A DNA stretch of 64,000 nt from Malacoraja senta. Lineage: Eukaryota. A program made the translations under genes and the position numbers. This document shows, piece after piece, positions 63,876-64,000 of the stretch (positions within the stretch are counted from its first letter, which is position 1; the number at the start of each line of letters is the position of its first letter). A model generated the notes under the pieces. The model was not told the origin of the DNA. It worked only from the letters and a program-made list of their open reading frames with translations, and ran no database searches. Location: positions 20,026,001 through 20,090,000 of the forward strand of contig CM075977.1 in assembly GCA_038087875.1 (NCBI GenBank), written 5' to 3'.

Positions 63876-64000
63876 AGTCAAGAGAGTTTATTGTCATGTG
63901 TCCCAGATAGGACAATGAAATTCTTGCTTGCTGCAGCACAACAGAATATAGTAAGCATAAATACAGAATAGTTCAGTGTGTCTATATAGAATAGACCATA
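63876..64000 (-). mobile_element. Rex1-type LINE 3' tail
   Basis: GTTTATTGTCATGTG..ACAATGAAATTCTTGCTTGCTGCAGC, reverse of the Rex1 3' UTR type at 38240-38277. Confidence 0.65.

Noticed and set aside
62955-63971. Long His/Pro/Thr- or Val/Trp/Met-rich ORFs
   Set aside because: Translations of a simple repeat plus N-gaps

Overview
Vertebrate genomic DNA made almost entirely of transposable elements, with five N-gaps. The repeat set (HE1/V-SINE-like SINEs, HER1/CR1 LINEs, abundant Penelope pseudo-LTRs) points to a cartilaginous fish, probably a skate or ray; this is an inference. No host gene can be named; there is one candidate minus-strand exon at 62718-62842. Main elements: an internally deleted Gypsy LTR element (70-1669), a degenerate near full-length RTE LINE (13471-17408), an hAT element carrying nested inserts (20256-22053), a Harbinger-like MITE, a nearly intact RTEX-type LINE (38361-42724), an intact 1060-aa Rex1/Babar LINE (52812-56181), a second disrupted Rex1 family (57254-61865), and many CR1, Rex1, SINE and Penelope fragments. 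Most interesting: (i) both Rex1 ORFs start at an ATG inside a YY1/TISU-like motif at the extreme 5' end and carry an eIF4E-binding-like YxRxxLL motif, preceded in one family by a signal-peptide-like segment revealed only after removing a nested CR1; (ii) many minimal hammerhead-ribozyme cores in Penelope repeats, including two-stranded palindromic units; (iii) a 19-unit compound (CAG)n minisatellite inside a SINE head; (iv) a recurrent GC-rich non-coding element family with a conserved 3' hairpin. Boundaries of degenerate repeats are approximate and family names come from motif recognition, not database searches.
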